Positions 16,625 to 24,857 of a DNA stretch of 30,132 nucleotides are shown in pieces (the stretch's first letter is position 1; each line of letters begins with the position of its first letter). Origin of the DNA: Halanaerobiales bacterium (GTDB lineage: Bacteria; Bacillota; Halanaerobiia; Halanaerobiales; M55B127); contig JAIPEV010000001.1 in the NCBI GenBank assembly GCA_021736965.1, positions 1 to 30,132 on the forward strand, given 5' to 3'. Position numbers and translations under genes: made by a program. Below the pieces are notes generated by a model that saw nothing but the letters and a program-made list of their open reading frames with translations, did not search any database and was not told the DNA's origin.

Positions 16625-17110
16625 GTGTATGTGGACATTTCAGAGTTACTTAAAAATTCTAAGATTCCTTATAAAGAAAAGAATTTAAATAAAAAATATT
16701 TAAAAAAGAGTAAAATATCTCAATCCTCTTTAATTTTAGCTGACAGCTCTATATACAGGAGTATAGGTAAAGAGATTGCTAGTCGAATAGTTTATAATTA
16801 TTTAAAAGAAAATAAACCTAGATACAATCCTGTTTATCTTTATAAGCCTGTATTTACTGTTTATCTTAATGAAAATAGAAAGATAAAAAATTTATGGAGA
16901 AAAACAGATGCTTTAATTTTTGATGGGGTAGATGAATATAGTAATAGATGGGATTTTCAAAATATTACTAATTTAATTACATCTAGAATTTATAATGATA
17001 AATTGACTATTATGATAGCTACTTCTGATATTGAAAATAGAATTAAGGAATATAATGGAGATAGTTTTTTATCTCTATTAACAAGTCTGCCTAAAATTGA
17101 GGTTCAATAA
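16625..17110 (+). CDS. DnaC/IstB-like helicase-loader homolog with degenerate Walker motifs
   Basis: SKIP N-terminal motif, remnant P-loop SLIL...SIGKEIA, Walker B-like ALIFDGVD, and W....NLI.SR.....TIMIAT box; upstream of dnaB. The start may be GTG 16631. Confidence 0.65.
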   Translation: MYVDISELLKNSKIPYKEKNLNKKYLKKSKISQSSLILADSSIYRSIGKEIASRIVYNYLKENKPRYNPVYLYKPVFTVYLNENRKIKNLWRKTDALIFDGVDEYSNRWDFQNITNLITSRIYNDKLTIMIATSDIENRIKEYNGDSFLSLLTSLPKIEVQ

Positions 17111-17113
17111 TTA

Positions 17114-17353
17114 ATGAATATAAAAATTGTTTCCTTCTATAAAAATAATATTGGATATGTATTAAAATTAATCTTAATAACTAATAAATATATTTATAGA
17201 GAAAAGTTTTGGGGCGATTACTCTTACTTATCGACAATTAAACACCTTATTCAAAAAACAGATAACACTAAAGCTAAATTTAAATTTTATAATTCTTTGA
17301 AAAAGCATTGTTCTACTTTTGAAAGTATTAAAGAGAAAAGAAAAAATAAATAG
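17114..17353 (+). CDS. hypothetical protein
   Basis: GAGG RBS, 79 aa. Confidence 0.65.
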   Translation: MNIKIVSFYKNNIGYVLKLILITNKYIYREKFWGDYSYLSTIKHLIQKTDNTKAKFKFYNSLKKHCSTFESIKEKRKNK

Positions 17354-17400
17354 TTTATATTTTTTTAATTGCAGATAACTTCTTAAATTGAGAGGATTTT

Positions 17401-18729
17401 ATGGCGGAAAATACTCCCTATAATCGGGAAGCTGAAGAATATTTATTAGGAACTACTTTATATAATTATAAAAAAGTTAAAGCCTTTACAGATAAATTAG
17501 CCCCTAAATTGTTTTATATTAAACAGAATAGATTTATAGCAAAGTCTATTTTAGAGTTACATAGGGAAGGACATAAAGTTGATATTATTACTGTACAGGA
17601 AAATTTAGAATCTAAAAATTTATTAGAAGATGCTGGCGGGTACGAAAAATTAGCTAATTTAAGAAATGAATCCTTTGCTATTGAAAATTTTTCTGAACAT
17701 TTAAGTATTTTAAAAGATAATTATGAACGTAGAAAACTAATTAACTTATTTTCCGAAACTACAAATGAACTCAGTAATAAAAAAGATTTAGATTCAGTTA
17801 AAAATAAAGTATCAACAAGCTTATTTAATTTAAACAGCAAACAAACAGCTGTATCTAAAGGCGGATTTGCTAAGTTTGAAGAAAACAGTATTAAAGAAAA
17901 AATAAATAGAATAAAAGTTGGTAGTGGTATTAGTATATTAGACCACGATTTAGCTAAAGGATTTGCTCCTCAGAATATTTCAATAATAACTGCTAGACCC
18001 CGTATGGGAAAATCAGCTGTAAAACAAAATATTATTTTAAATCAAGCTATGCGAGGAATTGGTATTCTTGATTTATCTTTAGAAATGACAGCTGAAGAAG
18101 AACTAGATAGAATAATATCAATGGATTCTGGAATACCTTTATACGATATTTTAAATATTAGAGATTGGGTAAAAATCAAAGATAGAAAGTTTGTTACTCA
18201 GTATCCTGAAAAATTAAGATTAATTAAAGAGACTGCTCAAAAATTGGATAATTTAGACTTATATATTGAAGATGGTATGATGTCTTTAAGCGAAGCTAGA
18301 GCTACTATGATACGCTATAAAGAGCTATATGATGTTGAAATTGTATATGTTGATTTAGTAGATAGAATTAAAGAAGTCTATAGAGCTTCTAGTAACAAAG
18401 CCCAAAAAATAACAAGTGTAGTCGGCTCCTTTGCTGAAATAGCTAGTAATTATAATATGCACGTATGTTGTTTAGTACAGCAAAGAAGAAGGAATAAGAA
18501 GAAAGAGAAGCCTTCTTTAGAAGGGTTAAAGGGTAGTGGAAGTTATGAAGAATTTGCTGATTTAATTCTGGGTGTATATCGAGAGTTTGTAGATGATGAT
18601 GAATTATTAGAAGATGATGTAATTGATATATATTTAAGGAAGCAAAGAATGGGCAAGACGGGCAAATATACTTTAAGCTGGGAAAGTGAAACTTTAAAGA
18701 TATTAGAACAGGATGGTATTTATGAGTAA
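17401..18729 (+). CDS. dnaB: replicative DNA helicase, DnaB family
   Basis: N-terminal EAEEYLLG domain, Walker A ARPRMGKS, SLEM, YVD, LKGSGSYEEFADLIL, KQRMG. Confidence 0.96.
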   Translation: MAENTPYNREAEEYLLGTTLYNYKKVKAFTDKLAPKLFYIKQNRFIAKSILELHREGHKVDIITVQENLESKNLLEDAGGYEKLANLRNESFAIENFSEHLSILKDNYERRKLINLFSETTNELSNKKDLDSVKNKVSTSLFNLNSKQTAVSKGGFAKFEENSIKEKINRIKVGSGISILDHDLAKGFAPQNISIITARPRMGKSAVKQNIILNQAMRGIGILDLSLEMTAEEELDRIISMDSGIPLYDILNIRDWVKIKDRKFVTQYPEKLRLIKETAQKLDNLDLYIEDGMMSLSEARATMIRYKELYDVEIVYVDLVDRIKEVYRASSNKAQKITSVVGSFAEIASNYNMHVCCLVQQRRRNKKKEKPSLEGLKGSGSYEEFADLILGVYREFVDDDELLEDDVIDIYLRKQRMGKTGKYTLSWESETLKILEQDGIYE

Positions 18730-20272
18730 TTTTAAATTAGAAATAAATAATGCGTATACATATGTTTTAGAAGGGGATACTAGCCTTATTAAAAAACAAT
18801 GTCAGCTAAAATCTCAAAGAATTTATAAATGGTCATTCTTATTAAAGCATAGAGCTGCTGATAAATGGCATATAAATAACTATAATTTAGATGAGTATAG
18901 AGCATTGTATGGAAAATGTAAAAAACATGATAAGCAGTATGCTATCCCTATGAAAAAATATATGAAAAATAAAAATAATATTGTCAATGTTCCTGTTTTT
19001 AAAGAAGATTGGATTAGTTTTTATGATGAAGATGAAGATAAGTTTCCTACTGGTTGGGTATTTTCTAAAGTTATAAAGCCTTTACAAGATAATTCGTATA
19101 CTTTTAATATTATCGATAATAGAACTGAACTAGAAACAAGTGATACATTTCAAGAAATACCATTACCTTATGAATTAAGATATTATCAAAAAGAAGCTAT
19201 TAATTTAGCTATTGATAATAATAGATTTATTTGTCATTTAGCTACAGGCGGCGGTAAAACATTAATAGGTATGGGGATTATTAAAGAAACAGGAGCTAGC
19301 TCTTTATTTATAGTACCCTCTTTATCTTTATTAAATCAAACTTATAGAAATTTTGTTGAAGTTTTTGGTAAAAAATATATAGGAAAAATAGGAGATGGTC
19401 ATGAAAAAATAAAAAAAGTTACAATTTCAACAGTACAAAGTTTGTGGAGTAAGCGTACAAAAGACAATATCCAAGATTTATTGTCTAATGTTGGTGTTAT
19501 GATACTAGATGAAGCCCACCATGTAAATACTTCTAAACAAAATACTAATACTTGGTTTCAGATAGCAATGCAATGTGATGCTAAAACTCGTATAGGATTG
19601 ACAGCAACACCGGGAAAAGATAATGATAAGTCTTTTGAGATGTTAAAAGCTGCTACTGGTAAAATTGCAATTTCTAAATCAATAAAGCAATTAATTGAAG
19701 AAGGATTTTTATGTCCTGCTGATATTTTTATGATTCCAATTAAACAAAAACAATATAGTCACTGGAAAACTGCTGTAAAACAGGGTATTCACTTAAATGA
19801 AAAAAGAAATCGAGTTATTGCAAAATATGCACAATCTTGTGCGGATAGGGGTGAAAATGTAGTAATTACTGTTAATAGAATTAAAACACAGGCTACCGAA
19901 TTGATAGAGCTGCTGCCTGATGCTTACACTGCTTTTGGAGACACTCCCTCAGAAGCTCGAAAACAAATATTTAAAGAGTTAGAAGATACTAGGGGTAATA
20001 TTCTTATTAGTTCTGTAATTGGAGAGGGTTGGGACTGTCCCAGTGCTTCTGTATTAATTCTTGCAGAAGGAGGAAAGGGCGGAGTAAATGCTAGAAATAA
20101 AATACAAAAAATAGGGAGAGTTTTAAGAAAAGAAAAAGACAAAGATAAGGCACTTATAATTGACTTCTTTGATAAAGATGGGAAAACTTTAGAAAAACAT
20201 TCACGATTTAGGTATAAACATTATAAAGAAAAGAATGCTTTTAATATTTATAGAGCTAAGCCAAGTGTGTAA
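18722..20272 (+). CDS. superfamily 2 helicase (UvsW/XPB/ResIII-like)
   Basis: LRYYQKEA, ATGGGKT, DEAHH, LTATP, EGWDCP, QKIGRVLR. Start 18722 or 18713. Confidence 0.93.
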   Translation: MSNFKLEINNAYTYVLEGDTSLIKKQCQLKSQRIYKWSFLLKHRAADKWHINNYNLDEYRALYGKCKKHDKQYAIPMKKYMKNKNNIVNVPVFKEDWISFYDEDEDKFPTGWVFSKVIKPLQDNSYTFNIIDNRTELETSDTFQEIPLPYELRYYQKEAINLAIDNNRFICHLATGGGKTLIGMGIIKETGASSLFIVPSLSLLNQTYRNFVEVFGKKYIGKIGDGHEKIKKVTISTVQSLWSKRTKDNIQDLLSNVGVMILDEAHHVNTSKQNTNTWFQIAMQCDAKTRIGLTATPGKDNDKSFEMLKAATGKIAISKSIKQLIEEGFLCPADIFMIPIKQKQYSHWKTAVKQGIHLNEKRNRVIAKYAQSCADRGENVVITVNRIKTQATELIELLPDAYTAFGDTPSEARKQIFKELEDTRGNILISSVIGEGWDCPSASVLILAEGGKGGVNARNKIQKIGRVLRKEKDKDKALIIDFFDKDGKTLEKHSRFRYKHYKEKNAFNIYRAKPSV

Positions 20273-20341
20273 ATCATACCCATATATTGTGGATAAGGAC
20301 AAAAAATAGAAATATTTACACAAATTAATTTAAGAAATAGC

Positions 20342-20370
20342 TTGACTTTTTCATTTAAATTTATTATATT
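20342..20370 (+). promoter_or_regulatory. promoter P9
   Basis: AGC-TTGACT-TTTTCATTTA, 17-nt spacer, TATATT 20365-20370. Confidence 0.8.
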
Positions 20371-20413
20371 ATGGTGTAATTTGAAAAATGAGAAAAACTC
20401 ATAGTAGAAATAA

Positions 20414-20914
20414 ATGCAGATTTTGGAGGCAAATTTGAGTATTTTTAAGGACAAACATACAAAATTTTTTGGCAAGCCAATTACTATAAAATGGTATAAG
20501 CGTATTTGGTGGAAAATAAAGGCACCTTTTGAAACTATGTGGTGGACACGGTTTGGATATTATACAGTATTGCATTGGTACCAAAGAGCGAAATATATCT
20601 ATTCCTATCGGGATGTGTTTAGTATTGTTGATTGGTTTAGGGATACTTTGCCGGAAATGTTATCCGATTTAGAAAACTGCTATATGTATAAACACGGTAT
20701 TTACAAATTTAATTTAGAAAACAATAATTTAACAGACAACGAATATTTAAGTATGAAATTTAGTTTAACAGAAAGAATTATTAGCGGTATTGAAGCACAT
20801 AAAAAATGGGAATGTTTGGAGTATACAGATACTAAAGAAGAAAAAATTATGCGTTATAAATACGAAGATGCTATGGATTTATTTACAAAATATTTAGGTA
20901 TATTTTGGGATTAA
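20414..20914 (+). CDS. conserved phage hypothetical protein (WYQR...YS..D / LPEML..L / LF.KY....WD)
   Basis: The start could be TTG 20435 behind GGAGG. Confidence 0.8.
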   Translation: MQILEANLSIFKDKHTKFFGKPITIKWYKRIWWKIKAPFETMWWTRFGYYTVLHWYQRAKYIYSYRDVFSIVDWFRDTLPEMLSDLENCYMYKHGIYKFNLENNNLTDNEYLSMKFSLTERIISGIEAHKKWECLEYTDTKEEKIMRYKYEDAMDLFTKYLGIFWD

Positions 20915-20930
20915 TAAAAAGGAGATTATA

Positions 20931-21389
20931 ATGAGTAAAAAAATTAATTTTGGTAGAAATGTTAGTGATACTACAAGAAAAGGCAAATTAACCAGCATAA
21001 AAGAAAAATTAGTAGAAAGTAGTAATTCTTTAAATGATTTACTTTCAGATAAACGATATAAGCCTATTTCTACAAAGGAAAGATTAAAATTAAAAGAATG
21101 GAAGAATGAATTAGGTGCTATTTATTTGCAAATAAATAGTTTTGAATTTTCAGAAAAAAAATATCCTAATTCAGTAAGAAATACTGTACTTCTTGTACAA
21201 AAAGTTTTTGGAGAAGATGCTACAAATTTTAAATTTTATGATTATAGTATTAGATTTGATTTAGATAATAGAAGATATAGAGTATCCACTAGAGGAAGCT
21301 TAATGGTAGAAGAAGTCTTAAATGGAGTTTTAGCAGGCAATCATAATGCTCGATTAGTTGAACAATTACTTCAACAACAAAAAGATTAG
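20931..21389 (+). CDS. hypothetical protein
   Basis: AAAGGAG RBS, 152 aa. Confidence 0.8.
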   Translation: MSKKINFGRNVSDTTRKGKLTSIKEKLVESSNSLNDLLSDKRYKPISTKERLKLKEWKNELGAIYLQINSFEFSEKKYPNSVRNTVLLVQKVFGEDATNFKFYDYSIRFDLDNRRYRVSTRGSLMVEEVLNGVLAGNHNARLVEQLLQQQKD

Positions 21390-21398
21390 GAGGTTATA

Positions 21399-21716
21399 AT
21401 GGCTCACGTTTCATTACATTTTAAAAAAGAAGAACAATATTTACATTTGTTACTAAAAGCAATTGCTTTCTATTATAAAAAAAGAGGAAATAAAGAAAAA
21501 GGCAATATTAGTTCATTTATTAAAAAACAAATAAGTATGCCTTTAAAAAGAGAGTATCAAGAGATTAAGAAAAAATCTGGAGTTGATGTTATTAAGCTCT
21601 ATGAAGAGTATGAACAGAAAAAACAAGGTTTAGAAAGAAACATTAAAAGTAAAACAAGGTATCCAACAGGATATGATATGATTCAAAGTAAATTAGAAGA
21701 ATTTGATGACGAATAA
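21399..21716 (+). CDS. hypothetical protein, possible ribbon-helix-helix DNA-binding protein
   Basis: AGGAGG RBS; N-terminal strand HVSLHF followed by two helices (NISSFIKKQI); C-terminal QSKLEEF. Confidence 0.7.
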   Translation: MAHVSLHFKKEEQYLHLLLKAIAFYYKKRGNKEKGNISSFIKKQISMPLKREYQEIKKKSGVDVIKLYEEYEQKKQGLERNIKSKTRYPTGYDMIQSKLEEFDDE

Positions 21717-21730
21717 AAAAAGGGAGTAAT

Positions 21731-22978
21731 ATGCAACCACTTTCATTAAAGTATCGGCCTCAAAATTTCAATGATTTTGTAGGAAATGAAGCTAATGCTA
21801 AAATTATTAAAAAAGCTATTCAAAAAAATAAGCTATCTGTTAGTTTATTATTTTCTGGCAGGAGAGGTACAGGAAAAACTAGTTTAGCTAGAGTAGTAGC
21901 TAAATCATTAAATTGTCCTAATCAGAAGGATGGAGAGCCTTGCAATGAGTGTCAAACATGCAAAGCTATTGATAGAAGTTCTTTTATTGATGTCGTTGAA
22001 ATTGACGGGGCTAGTAAATCTAAAGTAAAGCATATGCGACAGCTAAGCAAAGAAACTATTTTTGCTCCTTCTACAGGCAAAACTAAAATTTATATTATTG
22101 ATGAATGTCATAATATAAATAAAAAAGCTTGGAATGCTTTACTAAAGCCTATTGAGGAAGCTAAAGATAATATTAGATTTATATTTTGTACAACAGAACA
22201 CCACAGTGTTCCGGGAACAATAAAAAGTAGATTAAACTTGTATAGATTTAAAGAAATCTCAAAACAAAATATTTACAAAAGATTAAAGTATATCAGTAAG
22301 CAAGAAGACTTTAATATTAATGATGATTCTTTAAAAGTCATTGCTTCTAAATCTAGAAATTCTATGAGAGATGCTATTAATTTATTAGAACAATATATGG
22401 TAGCTGAAGGAAATTCTGATTTACAAAAACAACTCCTAAGAGAGATTAGCAGTAAAGAAATTAAACAGTTACTAGTATCTATTATGAAAGGTAAGGTCAA
22501 TAAAGCAATAAAGCTAATTAAAGGTGTTCATACCCCTATTGATGAAATTATTAACGAAATAATTGATTTTATTACAATTAACGATAATGGTTTTAAGTTC
22601 ATTTCTAAATTTGATAATAAACTAATAATAGCTTTCTTGGATTTACTTTTGGATTTTAAATCAGAATTAAATTACATAGATAACGTTATGGTAGATTTGC
22701 AAGCTCGTTTACTTCAATTTAAATTACAATATGTAAAAAGTATTTCTCTTAACTTTAAACAAGCTATTAATAAACTTAAAAATAAACTTAATCCAGATAC
22801 TGTTTATAATCAAGATGATTTTTATGTATTTGTACGAAACGGAGAAAGGCTTTATATTGTAAAAGATGAAAAATCTGTTTTAAAAGGAAAATATTTATTA
22901 TTTCCTTCCGATGTTATTAAAGTGCTTAAAGGAAAGTCCTTAAAAGGCCTAATTAAATATAAAACTAAAAGAGGTTAA
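21731..22978 (+). CDS. dnaX: clamp loader ATPase, DNA polymerase III gamma/tau (DnaX) family
   Basis: LKYRPQNF.DFVG, GRRGTGKT, zinc module C..C..C..C, EIDGAS, IIDECH, NALLK..EE, FIFCTT, SR(L), MRDA. Confidence 0.96.
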   Translation: MQPLSLKYRPQNFNDFVGNEANAKIIKKAIQKNKLSVSLLFSGRRGTGKTSLARVVAKSLNCPNQKDGEPCNECQTCKAIDRSSFIDVVEIDGASKSKVKHMRQLSKETIFAPSTGKTKIYIIDECHNINKKAWNALLKPIEEAKDNIRFIFCTTEHHSVPGTIKSRLNLYRFKEISKQNIYKRLKYISKQEDFNINDDSLKVIASKSRNSMRDAINLLEQYMVAEGNSDLQKQLLREISSKEIKQLLVSIMKGKVNKAIKLIKGVHTPIDEIINEIIDFITINDNGFKFISKFDNKLIIAFLDLLLDFKSELNYIDNVMVDLQARLLQFKLQYVKSISLNFKQAINKLKNKLNPDTVYNQDDFYVFVRNGERLYIVKDEKSVLKGKYLLFPSDVIKVLKGKSLKGLIKYKTKRG

Positions 22979-22980
22979 TA

Positions 22981-24099
22981 ATGAAATTTACTGTAGATAA
23001 AGATGTATTTCAATCTAATATTCGATTTTTAAATAAAATTACTAAGAATTTTGATTTTAATAATATTGCTGATAGTTTGCTATTTAAATTAAAAGATGAT
23101 AAATTAATTATTCAAGCTATGAATGATTTATCAGCAGCTAAGACAACTATTCCTATGAATAAAGAATTTTTAAATACTGAATTTCTTGTAGATGCTAATA
23201 AATTTTATAAAGTTATTAGATTTGCATCACAAGATACTTTAATGTTTGAATTGGATGCTGAAGATACTCAAAAAGGAGAAGGCCATTTAATATTTAGAGG
23301 AAAGTCTACTGTTAAATTTCCTTTAAAACCTTTATTTCAATATCCTACTTATAATAAAGAAAATCTTTATTATACTCCTGTCGATAAAGAATTTATAGAA
23401 GATTTGGATATTGCTAAGGAGTTTATTCATAAAAAAGCAACTAATTATTTATCTGGGATTAATATTAATTCTAATACAATTATATCTTCAAATAAGATTG
23501 TTGTTATGTTGATTAAACATAAGTATAATTTTGATAAATACCATTTTGATAGTCTGACAATACCTAGTGATACTACTAGTATTATTAAAGCTTTGGATGA
23601 TCCAGAAATTAGTTTTAGTTCTTCTTTTTATGTTAAAGGTAAAATAAAAGACTGTAAAGTAGAAACCTATCATAATGTTATTAATGATGATTATCCTGCT
23701 GATTTGATTTTACAGAAAACACATAAATGGGGCAATGAAAAGGATAAACATAAAGTTGTTTTTCGTCTCGATGATTTAAAAGTAATTAATAAAAAAATTA
23801 ATTCTGTTAATAGTAAAGATGATATGCCTGTAAAATTAGAAGTTAAAGAAGGCAAAATAACTTTTAAATATAGAGAAAATAAATTTACTTTTCAACAAAC
23901 TATAGAAGCTGAAACAGAAACTCCCTTAGTAACTAAAATGAGATGTGCTCGTATTGATAATCTTGTATCTCTAGCTAGTTTTTATGGACAGAATAAAATT
24001 TCATTATTTTTTAAAAAAGAAGATACTTCAGAACATTTTATATTTAAAGACAAATTTTTGTATGTTGCTGAATTGCAAGAGTTAACTATAAAAGAATAG
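22981..24099 (+). CDS. dnaN: DNA sliding clamp, divergent beta subunit (DnaN) family
   Basis: 372 aa. MKF.V....F N-terminus, lVdA.kf..vi, fP...YP, LsGi, iP and dYP patterns typical of the three-domain beta clamp; directly after dnaX. Confidence 0.8.
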   Translation: MKFTVDKDVFQSNIRFLNKITKNFDFNNIADSLLFKLKDDKLIIQAMNDLSAAKTTIPMNKEFLNTEFLVDANKFYKVIRFASQDTLMFELDAEDTQKGEGHLIFRGKSTVKFPLKPLFQYPTYNKENLYYTPVDKEFIEDLDIAKEFIHKKATNYLSGININSNTIISSNKIVVMLIKHKYNFDKYHFDSLTIPSDTTSIIKALDDPEISFSSSFYVKGKIKDCKVETYHNVINDDYPADLILQKTHKWGNEKDKHKVVFRLDDLKVINKKINSVNSKDDMPVKLEVKEGKITFKYRENKFTFQQTIEAETETPLVTKMRCARIDNLVSLASFYGQNKISLFFKKEDTSEHFIFKDKFLYVAELQELTIKE

Positions 24100-24108
24100 G
24101 AGAAAAAT

Positions 24109-24645
24109 ATGATAAAACTTACAGGACAAATCGGGAGAGAAGAATTTAATAAACGATTAAAGAGTGCTAGACCAAAAGTATTAAAATCTTTAGCTGAGGA
24201 CTTTACTAAAGTTTTAAGAATACCTGTGAACAAAGACCAAAAAAATAAAAATTTAAGAAAAACTTTAGAAGGTTTATATTTTAGAGATAGAAGTTTACTA
24301 AATGAAGATTCAATTGATAAAGATAAGGTAAATGGTAAAGATTACTTTGATGTTAGATGCCTTATTAATTGCCCGTTCACAACTAAAAATTCATTTTATG
24401 ATACTTATATGGCAATGATATATCCTTTTGAATTAAATAAAAATATTAAAAGAAGTGATATTTATAAAAGAGTAGAAGAATATAAAAAATATCATGATCA
24501 AAAATTCAGTAAAAAAGAAATTTACCGTATAATACAATGGGCGGGTCAACATAAAGTTGGCAAAAAATCTATTGTAGAAACTACAAAGCCAACTATGAAA
24601 TTCAGAAAAATAAAAGAATGGGATAATTTTGAGGCTAAATTGTGA
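24109..24645 (+). CDS. hypothetical protein between clamp and polymerase
   Basis: AGGAG RBS, 178 aa. Confidence 0.8.
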   Translation: MIKLTGQIGREEFNKRLKSARPKVLKSLAEDFTKVLRIPVNKDQKNKNLRKTLEGLYFRDRSLLNEDSIDKDKVNGKDYFDVRCLINCPFTTKNSFYDTYMAMIYPFELNKNIKRSDIYKRVEEYKKYHDQKFSKKEIYRIIQWAGQHKVGKKSIVETTKPTMKFRKIKEWDNFEAKL

Positions 24646-24857
24646 TAGATAGAGTTCCTAAAATCATTAAAGTAAAGGATAAGCCTTATCAGCTTATTCA
24701 TAAAAAAAGATTTTCTTTATGGAAGGATGATAAGGCTATTGATTTTTTAAAAAAGAAATATAATGCTAATATTGTTTTAAGAAAAAAGGGGTATATTTAC
24801 TTATTAAGAAAAATTGAAAATGCTAAATATAAAACAATAAAGGAAAACAATGGATAA
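24642..24857 (+). CDS. small basic hypothetical protein
   Basis: GTGA overlap, GAGG RBS; coupled to polA. Confidence 0.7.
   Translation: MIDRVPKIIKVKDKPYQLIHKKRFSLWKDDKAIDFLKKKYNANIVLRKKGYIYLLRKIENAKYKTIKENNG

Noticed and set aside
20288-20296. Perfect DnaA box (TGTGGATAA) in the gap before P9
   Set aside because: It is a single copy, and one such 9-mer is plausible by chance in 30 kb of AT-rich DNA; no cluster of boxes indicates an origin.
20388-20438. 16-codon ORF after P9 overlapping a TTG start, a possible leader peptide
   Set aside because: It has no RBS and no attenuator structure.
21731-22978. E. coli-like gamma/tau programmed frameshift in dnaX
   Set aside because: I saw no in-frame A-AAA-AAG with a downstream hairpin, and the gene lacks a long tau extension.
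2087-23673. Minus-strand and nested ORFs in the track (e.g. 2087-2275, 2943-3200, 5232-5468, 11555-11863, 12293-12517, 19924-20142, 22273-22500, 23488-23673)
   Set aside because: They are shadows of longer + strand genes with RBS and motifs, and have no RBS or recognisable domains of their own.
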